Below, piece after piece: positions 28,221 to 41,269 of a DNA stretch of 64,000 nt. This stretch comes from Octopus vulgaris (taxonomy: Eukaryota), in contig OX597817.1 in assembly GCA_951406725.2 (NCBI GenBank), positions 20,026,001 through 20,090,000 on the forward strand. The letters are read 5' to 3'. Position numbers and translations under genes: made by a program. The notes beneath the pieces were generated by a model, which was not told where the DNA came from, did not search any database, and saw nothing but the letters and a program-made list of their open reading frames with translations. Each line of letters begins with the position of its first letter. Position 1 is the stretch's first letter.

Positions 28221-30370
28221 ACGGTGCCGACAGAGATAAAAGAGTGTGCCGACAGGGATCAAAGGGGGTGCCGACAGAGATCAAAGAGGATGCCGACAGA
28301 GATCAAAGAGGGTGCCGACAGAGATCAAAGAGTATGCCGACAGAGAACAAAGAGGGTGCCGAACGAGATCAAAGAGGGTGCCGACAGAGATCAAAGAGGG
28401 TACCGACATAGATCAAAGAGGGTGCCGTTCGAAGAGGGTGCCAACAGAGATCAAAGAGGGTGCCGACAGAGATCAAAGAGGATACCGACAGTGATCAAAG
28501 ATGGTGCCGACAGAGATCAAAGAGGGTGCCGACATAGATCAAAGAGGGTGCCGACAGAGATCATAGAGGATGCCGACAGATATCAAAGAGGGTGCCGACA
28601 GAGATCAAAGAGGGTGCCGACAGAGATCAAAGAGGGTGCCGACATAGATCAAAGAGGGTGCCGTTCGAAGAGGGTGCCAACAGAGATCAAAGAGGGTGCC
28701 GACAGAGATCAAAGAGGATACCGACAGGGATCAAAGATGGTGCCGACAGAGATCAAAGAGGGTGCCGACAGAGATCAAAGAGGGTGCCGACATAGATCAA
28801 AGAGAATGCCGACAGATATCAAAGATGGTGCCGACAGATATCAAAGATGGTGTCGACAGAGATCAAAGAGGGTGCCGACATAGATCAAAGAGGGTGCCGT
28901 TCGAAGAGGGTGCCAACAGAGATCAAAGAGGGTGCCGACAGAGATCAAAGAGGATACCGACACGGATCAAAGATGGTGCCGACAGAGATCAAAGAGGGTG
29001 CCGACAGAGATCAAAGAGGGTGCCGACAGAGATCAAAGAGGATGCCGACAGAGATCAAAGAGGGTGCCGACAGAGATCAAAGAGGGTGCCGACAGAGATC
29101 AAAGAGGGTGCCGACAGAGATAAAAGAGTGTGCCGACAGGGATCAAAGGGGTGCCGACAGGGATCAAAGATGGTGCCGACAGAGATCAAAGAGGATGCCG
29201 ACATAGATCAAAGAGGGTGCCGACAGAGATCATAGAGGGTGCCGACAGAGATCAAAGAGCGTGCCGACAGAGATCAAAGAGGGTGCCGACAGAGATCAAA
29301 GAGGGTGTCGACAGAGACCAAATAGGATGCCGACAGAGATCAAAGAGGGTGCCGACAGAGATCAAAGAGGGTGCCGACAGAGATCAAAGAGGGTGCCGAT
29401 CGAAGAGGGTGCCAACAGAGATCAAAGAGGGTGCCGACAGAGATCAAAGAGGATACCGACAGGGATCAAAGATGGTGCCGACAGAGATCAAAGAGGGTGC
29501 CGACAGAGATCAAAGAGGGTGCCGACAGAGATCAAAGAGGATGCCGACAGATATCATAGAGGGTGCCGACAGAGATCAAAGAGGGTGCCGACAGAGATCA
29601 AAGCGGGTGCCGACAGAGATCAAAGAGGGTGCCGACAGAGATCAAAGCGGGTGCCGACAGAGATCGAAGAGGGTGCCGACAGAGATCAAAGAGGGTGTCG
29701 ACAGAGATCAAAGAGGATGCCGACAGAGATCAAAGAGGGTGCCGACAGAGATCAAAGAGGGTGCCGACAGAGATCAAAGATGGTGCCGACAGAGATCAAA
29801 GAGGGTGCCGACAGAGATCAAAGAAGGTGCCGACAGAGATCAAAGAGGATGCCGACAGATATCAAAGAGGGTGCCGACAGAGATCAAAGAGGGTGCCGAC
29901 AGATATCAAAGAGGGTGCCGACAGAGATCAAAGAGGGTGCCGACAGAGATCAAAGCGGGTGCCGACAGAGATCAAAGAGCGTGCCGACAGTGATCAAAGA
30001 GGGTGCCGACAGAGATCAAAGATGGTGCCGACAGAGATCAAAGAGGGTGCCGACAGAGATCAAAGAGGGTGCCGACAGAGATCAAAAAGTTGCGACAGAG
30101 ATCAAAGAGGGTGCCGACAGAGATCAAAGATGGTGCCGACAGAGATCAAAGAGGGTGCCGACAGAGATCAAAGAGGGTGCCGACAGAGATCAAAGAGCGT
30201 GCCGACAGAGATCAAAGAGCGTGCCGACAGAGATCAAAGAGGGTGCCGACAGAGATCAAAGCGGGTGCCGACAGAGATCAAAGAGGGTGCCGACAGAGAT
30301 CAAAGAGGATGCCGACAGAGATCAAAGAGGATGCCGACAGGGATCAAATAGCGTGCCGACATAGATTAAA
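28221..30370. repeat. 22-bp minisatellite (GCCGACAGAGATCAAAGAGGGT)n, ~97 units, with a 236-bp higher-order block
   Basis: Direct reading; 16-bp deleted variant gccgttcgaagagggt at 28424, 28660 and 28896, with a variant at 29395. Confidence 0.97.
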
Positions 30371-30539
30371 GATATGTTCATTTAAATACCTTTACAATCA
30401 AGCATGGATAGACATACTGAAACATCAACCTGCATGAACTTATGAAATAACAGAAAAAAAGACAAATTCTACAAGCATACCTTTCACACCCTATTATATC
30501 CGTCCTATTTTCATGCTAATACTCACCTCTAAAATACTG

Positions 30540-30705
30540 GTTTCAGATTTTGGCACAGGGCCAGCATTGGACTAGTGTCCAATGGTACTTATTTTGTCGA
30601 GTCCGAAAGAATGACAGGCAAAGTTGACCTCGGTGGAATTTGAACTCCGAACGTAGAAACGGACCAAATGCTATTAAGGTAACGATTCTGCAAGTTCTCC
30701 CCTTT
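30540..30705 (-). mobile_element. SINE family A, diverged
   Basis: ggtacttattttgtcga...ggcaaagttgacctcggtggaatttgaactc. Confidence 0.7.
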
Positions 30706-30889
30706 ACTCATCTTGAAAATTATTGCATATCTACTTCTCTACTTTACTATATTATAAAGGTTCATAGGAGTTTTAAACGTTATGTATACCTATGGACACA
30801 TACATCACACACACGCGTACATACATACATTCATACATACGTATTCACATACATACATACATACATATACATACTCACCAAAAAGATCT

Positions 30890-31260
30890 ATCATCTTTTT
30901 CTTGTTTCAGTCATTTGACTGCAGCCGTTATGGAGCACCACCCTGGAAGGTTTACTAGAAAAAAATCGCCCCCAATACACACTTTTATTATAACTGTTAC
31001 ATTTGTCTTTTTGACAAATCGCTTTCTGGCGAATAACGAAACCCACATCTGTTGTCAGGCTGTACTGGGAGCAAAACACATCCACCAGGATACACAAAAG
31101 GATGAAACCATATACATTCTACTGGCTTCTTTCAGATTTATTCTATTAAGTTCTTTCAGAAGGCTTAGGAAGACACATGCCAAAGATTCCACGCAGTGGG
31201 TCTGTATCTTGAACAAGGTATTTGGGAAACAAGATATTTCACTACAGTCAAGATTGCACC
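30890..31260 (-). mobile_element. SINE family B, strongly diverged
   Basis: cttgtttcagtcatttgactgcagccgttatggagcacc tail; aagacacatgccaaagattccacgcagtggg head remnant. Confidence 0.65.
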
Positions 31261-31422
31261 TTTATATATATATATATATATTGATATGTAATTATAAGAT
31301 CCAAGGATCTAAGTGTAGGTAGTATGTAAGCTTGAAGCAATCCGTGTGGATATTAAAATACTAACGTTTATATTGTCTACAGTTAGCAACTTGAGTCGCT
31401 ATGAATGCGAATAAAAATTGAA

Positions 31423-31768
31423 ATTGCGGGAGTGGAGCGAACAAGCAAAGCTACTTGTGTTTCTGAGCTAGGTGAACCTCTGATGCAATAATTACTCAAC
31501 GAGGATTACTAGCTACCTACTCAGCAGGCTAAAGATATCTCAATTTTGTGAAAGTTACATTGTCGTTAAGGAATGCCAACTTTCAATTTACATATTCGGT
31601 GAGTGAATTAAAGATTCCTTAACGACTATGTAATTTTCATATGATTAAGGTATCTTCAGCCAGTTGAGTAGGTAGGTATGTGCCCCTCGTTGAGGAATTA
31701 TCACAACAGATTATCTACTAGTTAGGGAATATAAATAACCTGATCTTTATCAGCTCCACTCCCTCAAT
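31423..31768. repeat. ~345-bp imperfect palindrome (foldback/MITE-like)
   Basis: Arms pair along their length: gggagtggagc/gctccactccc, ctcaacgagg/cctcgttgag, ctacctactca/tgagtaggtag, gtcgttaaggaat/attccttaacgac. Confidence 0.9.
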
Positions 31769-31805
31769 GTATATATATATATATATCTAAATACATAGAC
31801 ACCCC

Positions 31806-31878
<73 letters not shown>

Positions 31879-31879
31879 G

Positions 31880-31917
<38 letters not shown>

Positions 31918-32465
31918 AGAGGTAATTAAGATTACCATACAAATTCAATATGAAATGATGTGGATTATGAAAGAAATATATTTTGTCTACAATTTTGCAG
32001 TGCAAATCGTAAAAGTCATAGAGATATATTATAAACTATTCAATTGGCAAAAGGATTTATTTAGATAACCTTTGTAGCTGTTCCTAAAAATAAATATTTG
32101 AAAAAATTAATATTTAAATATAAATACCTATCATATTCTCACCAATTGAAATCTAAATAAATGTTAAGAGCAAGAAAAATATGTTCATTGTTAGAAGTTG
32201 AAGAACGCAAACCATACTGTTGGTTTGAAGGGAAACGGAAATATAGAAATCTAAAAATAGATGGTAAAACGATAATTTCGGTCAAAACGGGATATGAAAG
32301 GAATATTAACACGGTGTAATAAATGAATGTACGTACATTTATATGTTACGTTAAATACACATCATTGCTCGTGTTTTATCTGTTATTTATTCAATGTTTT
32401 GTATTTTCTTATTTAGTGTCTTCCAGTTCATTTTCGAATAATATATTTTCTAAATCTATATTTAT

Positions 32466-32710
32466 GGAGGCGCGTGACTTAGTGGTTAGGGTGTCAGCAT
32501 CATGATCGTAAGATTGTCGTTTCGATTCCTGGACCGGGCGACGCGTTGTGTTCTTGAGCAAAACACTTCATTTCACCTTGCTCCAGGCCACTCAGCTGGC
32601 AAAAATGAGTAACGCTGCGATGGACTGGCGTCCCGTTCAGCTGGGGAACACATACGCCATAGAAACCGGGAAACCGGGCCCATGATCCTGGCTAGGCTTT
32701 AAAAGGGTGC
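32466..32710 (+). mobile_element. SINE family C
   Basis: ggaggcgcgtgacttagtggttagg (A box) ... gtttcgattcc (B box), followed by ttgtgttcttgagcaaaacacttcatttcac. Confidence 0.85.
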
Positions 32711-32853
32711 ATTTATTTTTGTTTTCTTAAATCTATATTTGGTGTTTGGAGCAGTTATGTATTGATTTGTATGTAAACAAAATTTTTGACTGGTAGTCTT
32801 CCATTTCAGTACCAATGTGTTGCTTTTCTGATGTGATTGGTATATGGGAGGTT

Positions 32854-33085
32854 TAAGGCGGCGAGCTGGCAGAATTGTTAGCACGCTGGGCGAAGCTTAG
32901 CGGTATTTAGTCTGCTGCTACGTTCTGAGTTCAAATTCCGCCGAGGTCGACTTTGCCTTTCATACTTTCGGGGTCGATAAATTAAGTACCAGTTACGCAT
33001 TGGGGTCGATATAATCGATTTAATCCATTTGTCTGTCGTTGTTTGTCCCCTCTGTGTTTAGCCCATTGTGGGTAGTAAAGAATTA
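32854..33085 (+). mobile_element. SINE family A, tail type 1, full length with a 15-bp TSD
   Basis: TSD ggtatatgggaggtt at 32839-32853 and 33086-33100. Confidence 0.95.
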
Positions 33086-33299
33086 GGTATATGGGAGGTT
33101 ATTTTACCATTGTATTTCGATATGATTGGAGACTTCTAAGTGTGTGTCTTATATTCTACTATCTTTCTAACATTGCATCTTGGTGTGTTTTGCAATAGAT
33201 CTATTACTTCGATTGTCACCAAATTGTGTTCAGGCTGATCGAAGTCTACAACGTCTATCTTGGGACAGAAAATATCGAAAACGATCAAAATCAAATACC

Positions 33300-33378
33300 C
33301 ATGGCATATGGAGTAGTGGTTAAGAGTGCGAGCTACTAACCCCAAGATTCTGAGTTCGATTCCAATCAGTGACCTGAC
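33300..33378 (+). mobile_element. tRNA-derived SINE head or tRNA pseudogene
   Basis: tggagtagtggttaagagtg...gagttcgattcc A/B boxes; no acceptor-stem closure. Confidence 0.6.
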
Positions 33379-33459
33379 TTTTTCAACAACGTGCTTCCTG
33401 TCTGCTCCATCCTGTAACTATTTATCTATTTGCACGTACGCCTGTCTATCTATATATGC

Positions 33460-33541
<82 letters not shown>

Positions 33542-33734
33542 ATATATATATATACCTCTCTACCTATGTATCTATCTGTGTGATTAAATAGATTTCATAG
33601 AGCTACAGGTAAATAATCCATTCAGTCGAAATGAACCTTCATTGAACTCTTGACAAGAAGGTAGTTCAATTTGCCCAATATCTCTCCAAAGATAAAAGGT
33701 TCTCTACGGAGTTAAATCAATGGACAAGGATAAT

Positions 33735-33880
33735 GCACAAACCTTCACACTGAATTTCCCTCAGTATTAGGTTAAGGGTACACGTCACAGTGAAATGCCC
33801 AGGTACATATGTGTTAATTTCACGAGCAGGCTTTTGTGTTGAGTGGATTAACTGGTCTGTTCGTCCTCCAAACAGCTGAG
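33735..33880 (+). mobile_element. Fragment of the SINE tail seen at 15372-15698
   Basis: ctgaatttccctcagtattaggttaagggtacacgt...gttaatttcacgagcagg...ggattaactgg. Confidence 0.55.
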
Positions 33881-34012
33881 TGCCAGATATATGTGTATCC
33901 GTGTGTGCAGGTATGTAAGTATGCTTGCGTACATGTGTTAATATCTTGGCATTTTGGCCATAGCGATTTCTGAGCAACGCCGTTTACTTGGTATACGAGC
34001 AAGTACGTATGC

Positions 34013-34080
<68 letters not shown>

Positions 34081-34089
34081 GTATGTATA

Positions 34090-34136
<47 letters not shown>

Positions 34137-34163
34137 GGGAAGCTTTATGAAAATAGACAAAAG

Positions 34164-34253
<90 letters not shown>

Positions 34254-35586
34254 ATGGACACACATTTTGTGAGTGTTTATTTCTTTCGATCATTGATGAG
34301 ATCTCATGATATATGAAAATATTTTTTATATATTTTAATTGGATATTTTCAATACGGTATTTTGCTTCCTCCAAGTTTATTGTTATTATTAGTTTCATTA
34401 CAACTAATGTTGCTATAATTTGGCTTTGTTGTTGTTGTTAATAATAATATTCAAAAATGTTACTCTAATTCAGATACTTGTTTTGATATGTTATTCTTCT
34501 AAAAATAATATTTTTAGAGAAATTTCATGATTCTAGTTGATTTTTGTATTATATTTAGATTTTTTTTTCTTTCTAATTTTTACATGCATCCCGTGCTTAA
34601 TTAGGAAGTTATTCACACCAAAAAGACGTCTTGCTTTCTGTTCCATAGAATTCATATAACAAGAAGTTAAATTTTAAAAAAATATTTTAAAATGTAATAA
34701 TAAAAGCAATAAACAAACAGAACCTTACACATGAACAAACATTCACGTGCATACGTAGTTGTGAAAACGAAGCTGTGTTAAAGAAATGAATGAATGTAGA
34801 ACAAGAGAAAACATAAAAATAAGAACAAAAACAAAATTGAAAACTAGTGTTAAAGAGGAGAATACATAGTCTTTAGGAATCTACACGGGCATTGGTAGCA
34901 GAGATGATATGAACCGTTATGGAATATGTTTAAAATTTGAAGTTTAGTAGGAATGAAACATAAAATTTGGAGTAAGGCGAAATAACATTTCGAAGATTCA
35001 TAAAATATTTTCCTTTAAGAACCAACGATACAATGACTGGAATATGGTAGGGCAAATGACAACCTAAATGTATTTTAAAGTAATTTGTGAAAATTTTAAA
35101 GTGATAAATGATAAATAATGAAGAAAGAAATTCTTCCAATTAGGTAGGGTAAATAAGTTATCTGAAACAAGTGGAAATAAAAAGGAAAAATACGAATAAC
35201 TGCTAATAGTTTTATTCCGTTTAAAATATTTATTTAAAAAAAAAATATTTTTAGAGAAAAGGGCAAGTAGTAGAATTATGATAAATTTAATAAGCAACTG
35301 CTGTGCATTTGTGGAAAATGACAGTTAATACTATAAATATATGTCTGTAAATATGTTTGTGTATATGCGTGTATGATTGTGTGTCTGTGTGTGTCTGCGT
35401 GTGTGTGTGTGTGTATGTTCGTTAATGTGCGTGTGTAAATTTTCCTTCTAGAAATTTATATGCTGTTCAATATCTATTCGCGGCCGTGTACATTTAATTG
35501 TGGGTGAGCATGCATTTCTCTATATATGTATATATATGTTTGCATCTGCATATATATATATATTTATATATATATATATACATATA

Positions 35587-35629
<43 letters not shown>

Positions 35630-35659
35630 CATACATACATACATATACACACACACACA

Positions 35660-35700
<41 letters not shown>

Positions 35701-35717
35701 GTATTTCATTATGCATG

Positions 35718-35761
<44 letters not shown>

Positions 35762-36069
35762 TAATTGACAAGAAACATGAGGGAGGTAAATTAAATAAGT
35801 GAGCAAATTGTCACCCCAAAATAGTTGCGAATATTATATGCCTATTTTCTATTTTCAATATTTGAAAATAAATGAATGGAATGGAAGGAAACATTGGCAC
35901 AAACATGCAATAAACACACAAACACATACTCGCGGACACAAGCCAAAATACACGCATATATATATATATATATATATACATATGGCAATAAATATGTATG
36001 CGGATATCTTTGTCTGTGCGTTTGCTTGTATTCATTTAATTTATTTTCAAATGTTAAAAATAAAATTTA

Positions 36070-36136
<67 letters not shown>

Positions 36137-37419
36137 TATGTGTGTGTGTGCCTGTGTTTGTTTGTGCGCATATGTGTTTTACGTATATGCATTCATTCTT
36201 CTATATATCTGTATGTATATATGAATACACATAAATAATACATACCTATGTATGTGCACACATACACATACACACACACACATATATATATTATATGTGC
36301 ATATATATAATATAGTATATATATATATTTCGTTTTAGTATTGATAAGTTATTAAAACATAGTGACTCCCCCAGACACTATATATATATATATATACATA
36401 TATATTCCGCATAAACTTTGTAACTGAATAGCGAATAGGGAATATTATATGCGACTATGTTCATATGTAACAAGTTTAGTATATTGCCCGTTTGCTTGTT
36501 TCTTATATAGTATTAGTAATTTTTTATCGTAATGTAATAATATTCACATAGTTTTTCAATAGCGGAAGAAAAACAATCTCTTTTTTTGTATCACAGTGTA
36601 CAGTCATGCATATCTTATTTTCATATTATATAGATAAAATGTTTCATATAAAAACCTTTGTTACTCTGAAGATGTAGCGGGCACAATCCATAGTAATGAG
36701 ATGAAAAGAAAGAAATCAAAACTAGTAACAATATTCTTCATCTAAAATTACGGTATGCAGACAGGTTTAACGCACCGAATCTAAGACGTTCTCCTCACAA
36801 CGCCACACCACACATCAAACGTAACCAGAAGACATCCTTTCAGGCAGTGCCGCAGCATAACACCAGTCTGAAGTAAATAAAAAACTGCAACAAGTAAAAG
36901 AAAGATAAAGGATAGAGATTTAGTTGGTTCATTTGCAGTACACATTCATCCAGGATACACATACATATGCCGTTTTCTTGAATTTGTTATTCTGGCAGAT
37001 GGGTGAAGTGAACTTGGAATTCAGTTAGATAGACGTTCGTAATTTATATTGTAGATCATAAAATCTTAAGGCACTTACAGTTCTTGTATTATTTCTACTC
37101 ATAATACCCTCTTTATCATTTAAGAGAAGGAATTTTCGTGTATATATTTGTAGGAAAAAAACCTTAAGTAGGTGAGGCAGCATAAATGCATTAAGAAAAA
37201 TCGAAATAACGTCGGAACGAATTAGCTTTGAAATGTGCGCATTCATGTAGAAAAGTATCAAAACATTTTCCAAAATAAGGATGTTTAATAGGATATCACG
37301 TAGATAGAAGTGCACATAAGTTAAATTAGTCAACCAATCGTAGGTTTACTTCAGTTACATGTAACAGTCACTCAGTAAACATCGTTCCTCTTCATTTTTC
37401 TATTCCCCTAAATTCTTGG

Positions 37420-37660
37420 GATCGTGGGTTCAATTCCTGAACACATAGGTGCCTTGTCTTTTTCAACAAATCACTTTATTTCACGTTGCTCTAATCATTA
37501 TAGCTGTAAATAGGTAACCTTGCACCGGACTAGCCGTCCGGTGAGTGGAAATGTTGACCACCTTGAAAAGCCAGCGGGTGCATCATTCGAAATCTAAAAC
37601 GACGTAAAGCATGTTGTGACCAGCGATGTATGACAACTTGCGAGGGTCGATCACGTGATA
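37420..37660 (+). mobile_element. SINE family C-like, diverged
   Basis: gtgggttcaattcctg...cactttatttcacgttgctc...gctgtaaataggta. Confidence 0.6.
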
Positions 37661-39869
37661 TATAAATACCCACATACATACACCCACACATACGCGCGCG
37701 AGCAAACACATATTGGGGAAATGATGATTGCGTGTGGGATAGTGGAGGATGTGGGTAGATTTATCGATTTTTTTTTTACAGATTTCAAGTCCAGTTCAGT
37801 CATAACGTGTAACTATATGAAAATGTTTCAGCTAATCCATTTACCTAAATGTAATTATCTCGTTTATTTGGTTTTAATGAAATCAGAGTTCAAATTCTGG
37901 TTGAATGCTTAATTTAAAAGGATGTTATGATAGAACAACAATGATATTAAATGTTCGTTTGGTATTTCTTTTACATAATCTCTAATACGACGGCAAAGTT
38001 TTATAGTTCACTTGAAATTCTTCCGTTGATTACAGAATATCCTCTTAATTAGACACTAATGATAAACTTATCATAATATCGTTGATGAGGGAAATTGGTT
38101 TATTTCACACAAATGCAATTGAAAAGAAATTACAGCATAAAATAAGCTGTTATTTTCGTCTATGAACTGTGTGATTGCTACCAAAATTAAATAAAATTGT
38201 ACTAATAGCTGCATGAATTCTGCTTCAGTTGTATGTATATATTACCGCGCAATAATTTTGTACTGAATGAAATCGTCATTGTAAATAAATACTAATATTT
38301 CGACACAAATTAATGTCTATATTTAAAAAATTCAAGTAATGAGCGCCTTGCATTGTTTTGCGTTTCCTGCTTTAAACGATATGTTCATGCCCGAAATTAT
38401 TACATTTTACTACCTACTGATTATTTGCAATAAAATTATATATGTTTACACTAAAATATGTTATAAAAGAAATTATTTTCTCATATATCTATACGTAATA
38501 CTTTACCACGTAGATATCTTTTAGTTTTGAGAGTCACAAGTATTTTTTTTCATCTGCTCATTCAATATCACATCTCCTCAAAGCTGAATAATAACTTAGT
38601 TTTTTATAATGCTACGTTGTAATCTATCACATTGCCCATCAGTATTTCGCCGGTGTTACGAATATCTTTCTTAAAGTATGTATTAAGGATGATGTTTTCA
38701 ACAACTTAAGCCGAAGGCATTCATAAAATATTCATTCTTGCCACTAGAACCAGAATTTTCACAACAGTATTATTTCAATAAGTTACGATCGAATAAAGAA
38801 TAAAAGTAAAACATACCGTTTTCCATTTGATGTAGTTTAGCCATAACTAATAAGCCTCAGGACAGCAGTAGCCTTTTCTCTATAAATCTAGAAGCAAATA
38901 TAATTGAAACACATATAAAGTAGAAAACGAAACGCCACCGATATGTACAAATTCGGTGTACTGGGAAATTTTACTCGCACTTGATACTAATCTTACTACG
39001 ATATTACCTAGCACTCCACATCTTCTGTAACACTCTACTGCTTCTTCTCTCCCCTTTGCACTAGACTGCTGTTTTTACCATGCAAGTTTTTTTTTCTGGA
39101 TAAAAAAAAAAAAACTTCACTTTTTGCTGTATACTTTAATAAAATCTAACTAAATGCCTGTCTTCTCCGCTTCATAGTGAAATGAAATTGTTAATGTTAT
39201 TGGGTTGCGGCGTGGTTTTTACAACTATACATTGGAGACGCAGTAGCTTTTAGGATGGCTTTAGGAGGGTTTTTGTTGGTTGAGTCCAAGACATTCATTG
39301 TTTTCTCCTGTTCTACACTTTAACTTTACAGTCGTTACATAAACTACTGCCCCAGCGTTACTGGAATTAATTCCGAAAAGCTCATTTCCTTTATTTGCTG
39401 ACTTCGAAGTGGTCTTTGGCTTCATATGAATTATATGCTAATATTTATGACTATGCCTTTCTCTTTGTGAACCAAAACTCTTTCCACCACTTTTTACAAA
39501 CGCACGAAATCCCGTCGTAAGATTAATATCGCCTTATTTCACAAAACTCACAGTATCTGAACCGAATTCTTATCTCAGTTCCTTTTTCTTTTCGATTTCA
39601 TAGTCGACAATTTGTCCTTGAAGTTAACGCCTTTTGAAATGATCTTCTATTTCCTCTTAAGCTGATAACCGGACACTGAGTTTGCTCACCAATTTAAACG
39701 TATACGGCTACCACCTGCACTATTTTTGCTCTATCATAGTTCCTCTTCTCTAACTCTCCATCCCACACTGTTGTCTGCTTCCTAATAATCTTTCGCCCAC
39801 ATTGTTGGGATAGATTTTATCACTTTGCAACAGTCTTGTGAAAAAACAAAATAATAATCAATAATATTA

Positions 39870-41269
39870 TTATACTACGGGGCTGTCTTATTAGATATGT
39901 GTTTAGAAGATAGATTTGATATCATATTACTAATGTTAGCTATCAGAATTTTAAAAAAAACTATAGGGGTGACAGGTCCCTTTGTGTATGAGGGTTTCTC
40001 CTTTCGCTTACAAGAGCGAGAGTTAAAATCTAGGGAAACATCTAAAGAAATCAACCTTAGAGAGATTAGTAGTAACAGAAATTTCATAAAGGTATCAATG
40101 GAATTTCTCTGAAATGTATCAAGAGTGTGATTATCACAGCAATGAGATATTCCCAAACCATCGTCTCGATATAGACTGACATAATGGGATGGGAATTTGG
40201 ATCTCAGTGTATGTAATATAAAGAGACCCACAAATTCTGCCCCGTCATACGATACATCAAGCAACTGATCTGAACCTGATTTTCTAAACCATGCGGAGCC
40301 CTTACTAAATATGAAATTTTTTTAAGCAGTCGTCTTATCTACCAATGCCCTGGATATCGGGAGATTAAAATCATGAATTTCAAATTGAATGAATCTAGCT
40401 CTATGCTAATATTTTATATTCCTAAACGAATCTATGACAGATATGCTATTATCCCACTGCTGTATTTTAGCTGTATCTCTAATTCTGATATTAATCTTCC
40501 TTAACATTTTTTAAACTACTAAAGGTATTTCAGTCCTCGCTGGTTTTAAAAGTCTGCAACTAACTTTACTACTGAAATTGGATTTGTGATCTTTTAGAAT
40601 AATGAAAGCTTCACATATAACTAAGCATTCTGACCAATGGCCAATTTTACTTCGCTTACAAAGGAATTTAGCCTCGGTATTAATATCAATGTATTTATCT
40701 ATATCAATTTTACTTTATTTAGGAAATATGGTATAGTGCAGCAATTTATCTTATAAACCATTTTGAATTTCATGCAGGTCTTATCTGAAAATACAAATTT
40801 GTTTTTAGAACTTCTAAAATGTCTAATATCAGTTTTTAGTTTAGCTTTGAAAGTGGTTCTAATACTTACGAAATCTAATATTAGTTACTAAATGAACAAG
40901 GTCTGTTCCAAATGGCGCTAGATATTAATATTTCGTTTGAACATAGGGAGACAAAATCTGATGTAGATCTCGATATACGTATGATATGGAACACAATATT
41001 ATATGAGTATAGCATGGTAATAGAAAACATAAGAGATGACACCTGAAAATCAAAATGTTATGTAATGAACTGCAATAGCTTACAGCTGTTTCTGCTGAAA
41101 GATGTGGTGGACTCTCAGTTGGGTACCAGGACTACATCATATAGCTTCATCAGAGTTATGATGTGCCCATCATATTCAAAGCTCTGATGAAGCTATAGGA
41201 TGTTATCTTGATACTCAACTAAGAATCCAACACATCTTATTTGGCTTTTCAGTGACATCTCATTGTTTT
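39870..41269 (-). mobile_element. Penelope-like element (N-terminal region plus RT, 3'-truncated) with an inverted terminal repeat carrying a hammerhead motif
   Basis: ORF 39875-40264: DVSYDGAEFVGLFIL..SLYRDDGL..SLDVSLD; upstream CRLLKPARTE, QQWDNS..VIDSFRNI; inverted repeat 41025-41155 / 41182-41269. Confidence 0.85.
41073..41160 (-). ncRNA. Minimal type I hammerhead ribozyme motif (PLE-associated)
   Basis: Minus strand: ataact-CTGATGA-agct...cagca-GAAAC-AGCT-GTA^-agctat; stem I 5/6 bp; palindromic AGCT loop on minimal stem III. Confidence 0.7.

Noticed and set aside
27677-28284. Met/Ser/Gly-rich ORF as a reflectin- or collagen-like protein
   Set aside because: No reflectin MD(X)5MD motif or Tyr/Arg content, and no Pro-rich Gly-X-Y. 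The frame shifts within the array, so it is explained by the 9-bp repeat.
28221-30437. Long ORFs (up to 367 aa) and a CRISPR-like look of the 22-bp array
   Set aside because: The units are contiguous with no unique spacers, and no cas genes are present. The ORFs are open in all three + frames only because the unit lacks stop codons.
32720-33295. LINE RT remnant flanking the TSD-bearing SINE
   Set aside because: Too decayed to assign a family by eye
32466-33378. tRNA genes
   Set aside because: A/B boxes are present, but the sequences continue into SINE bodies or lack a closable cloverleaf
33954-36400. Many YIYI/THTH/CVCV/YLPT/poly-N/poly-L ORFs here and throughout the window
   Set aside because: Translations of (TA)n, (CA)n, (CATA)n, (CCTA)n and (TTA)n microsatellites
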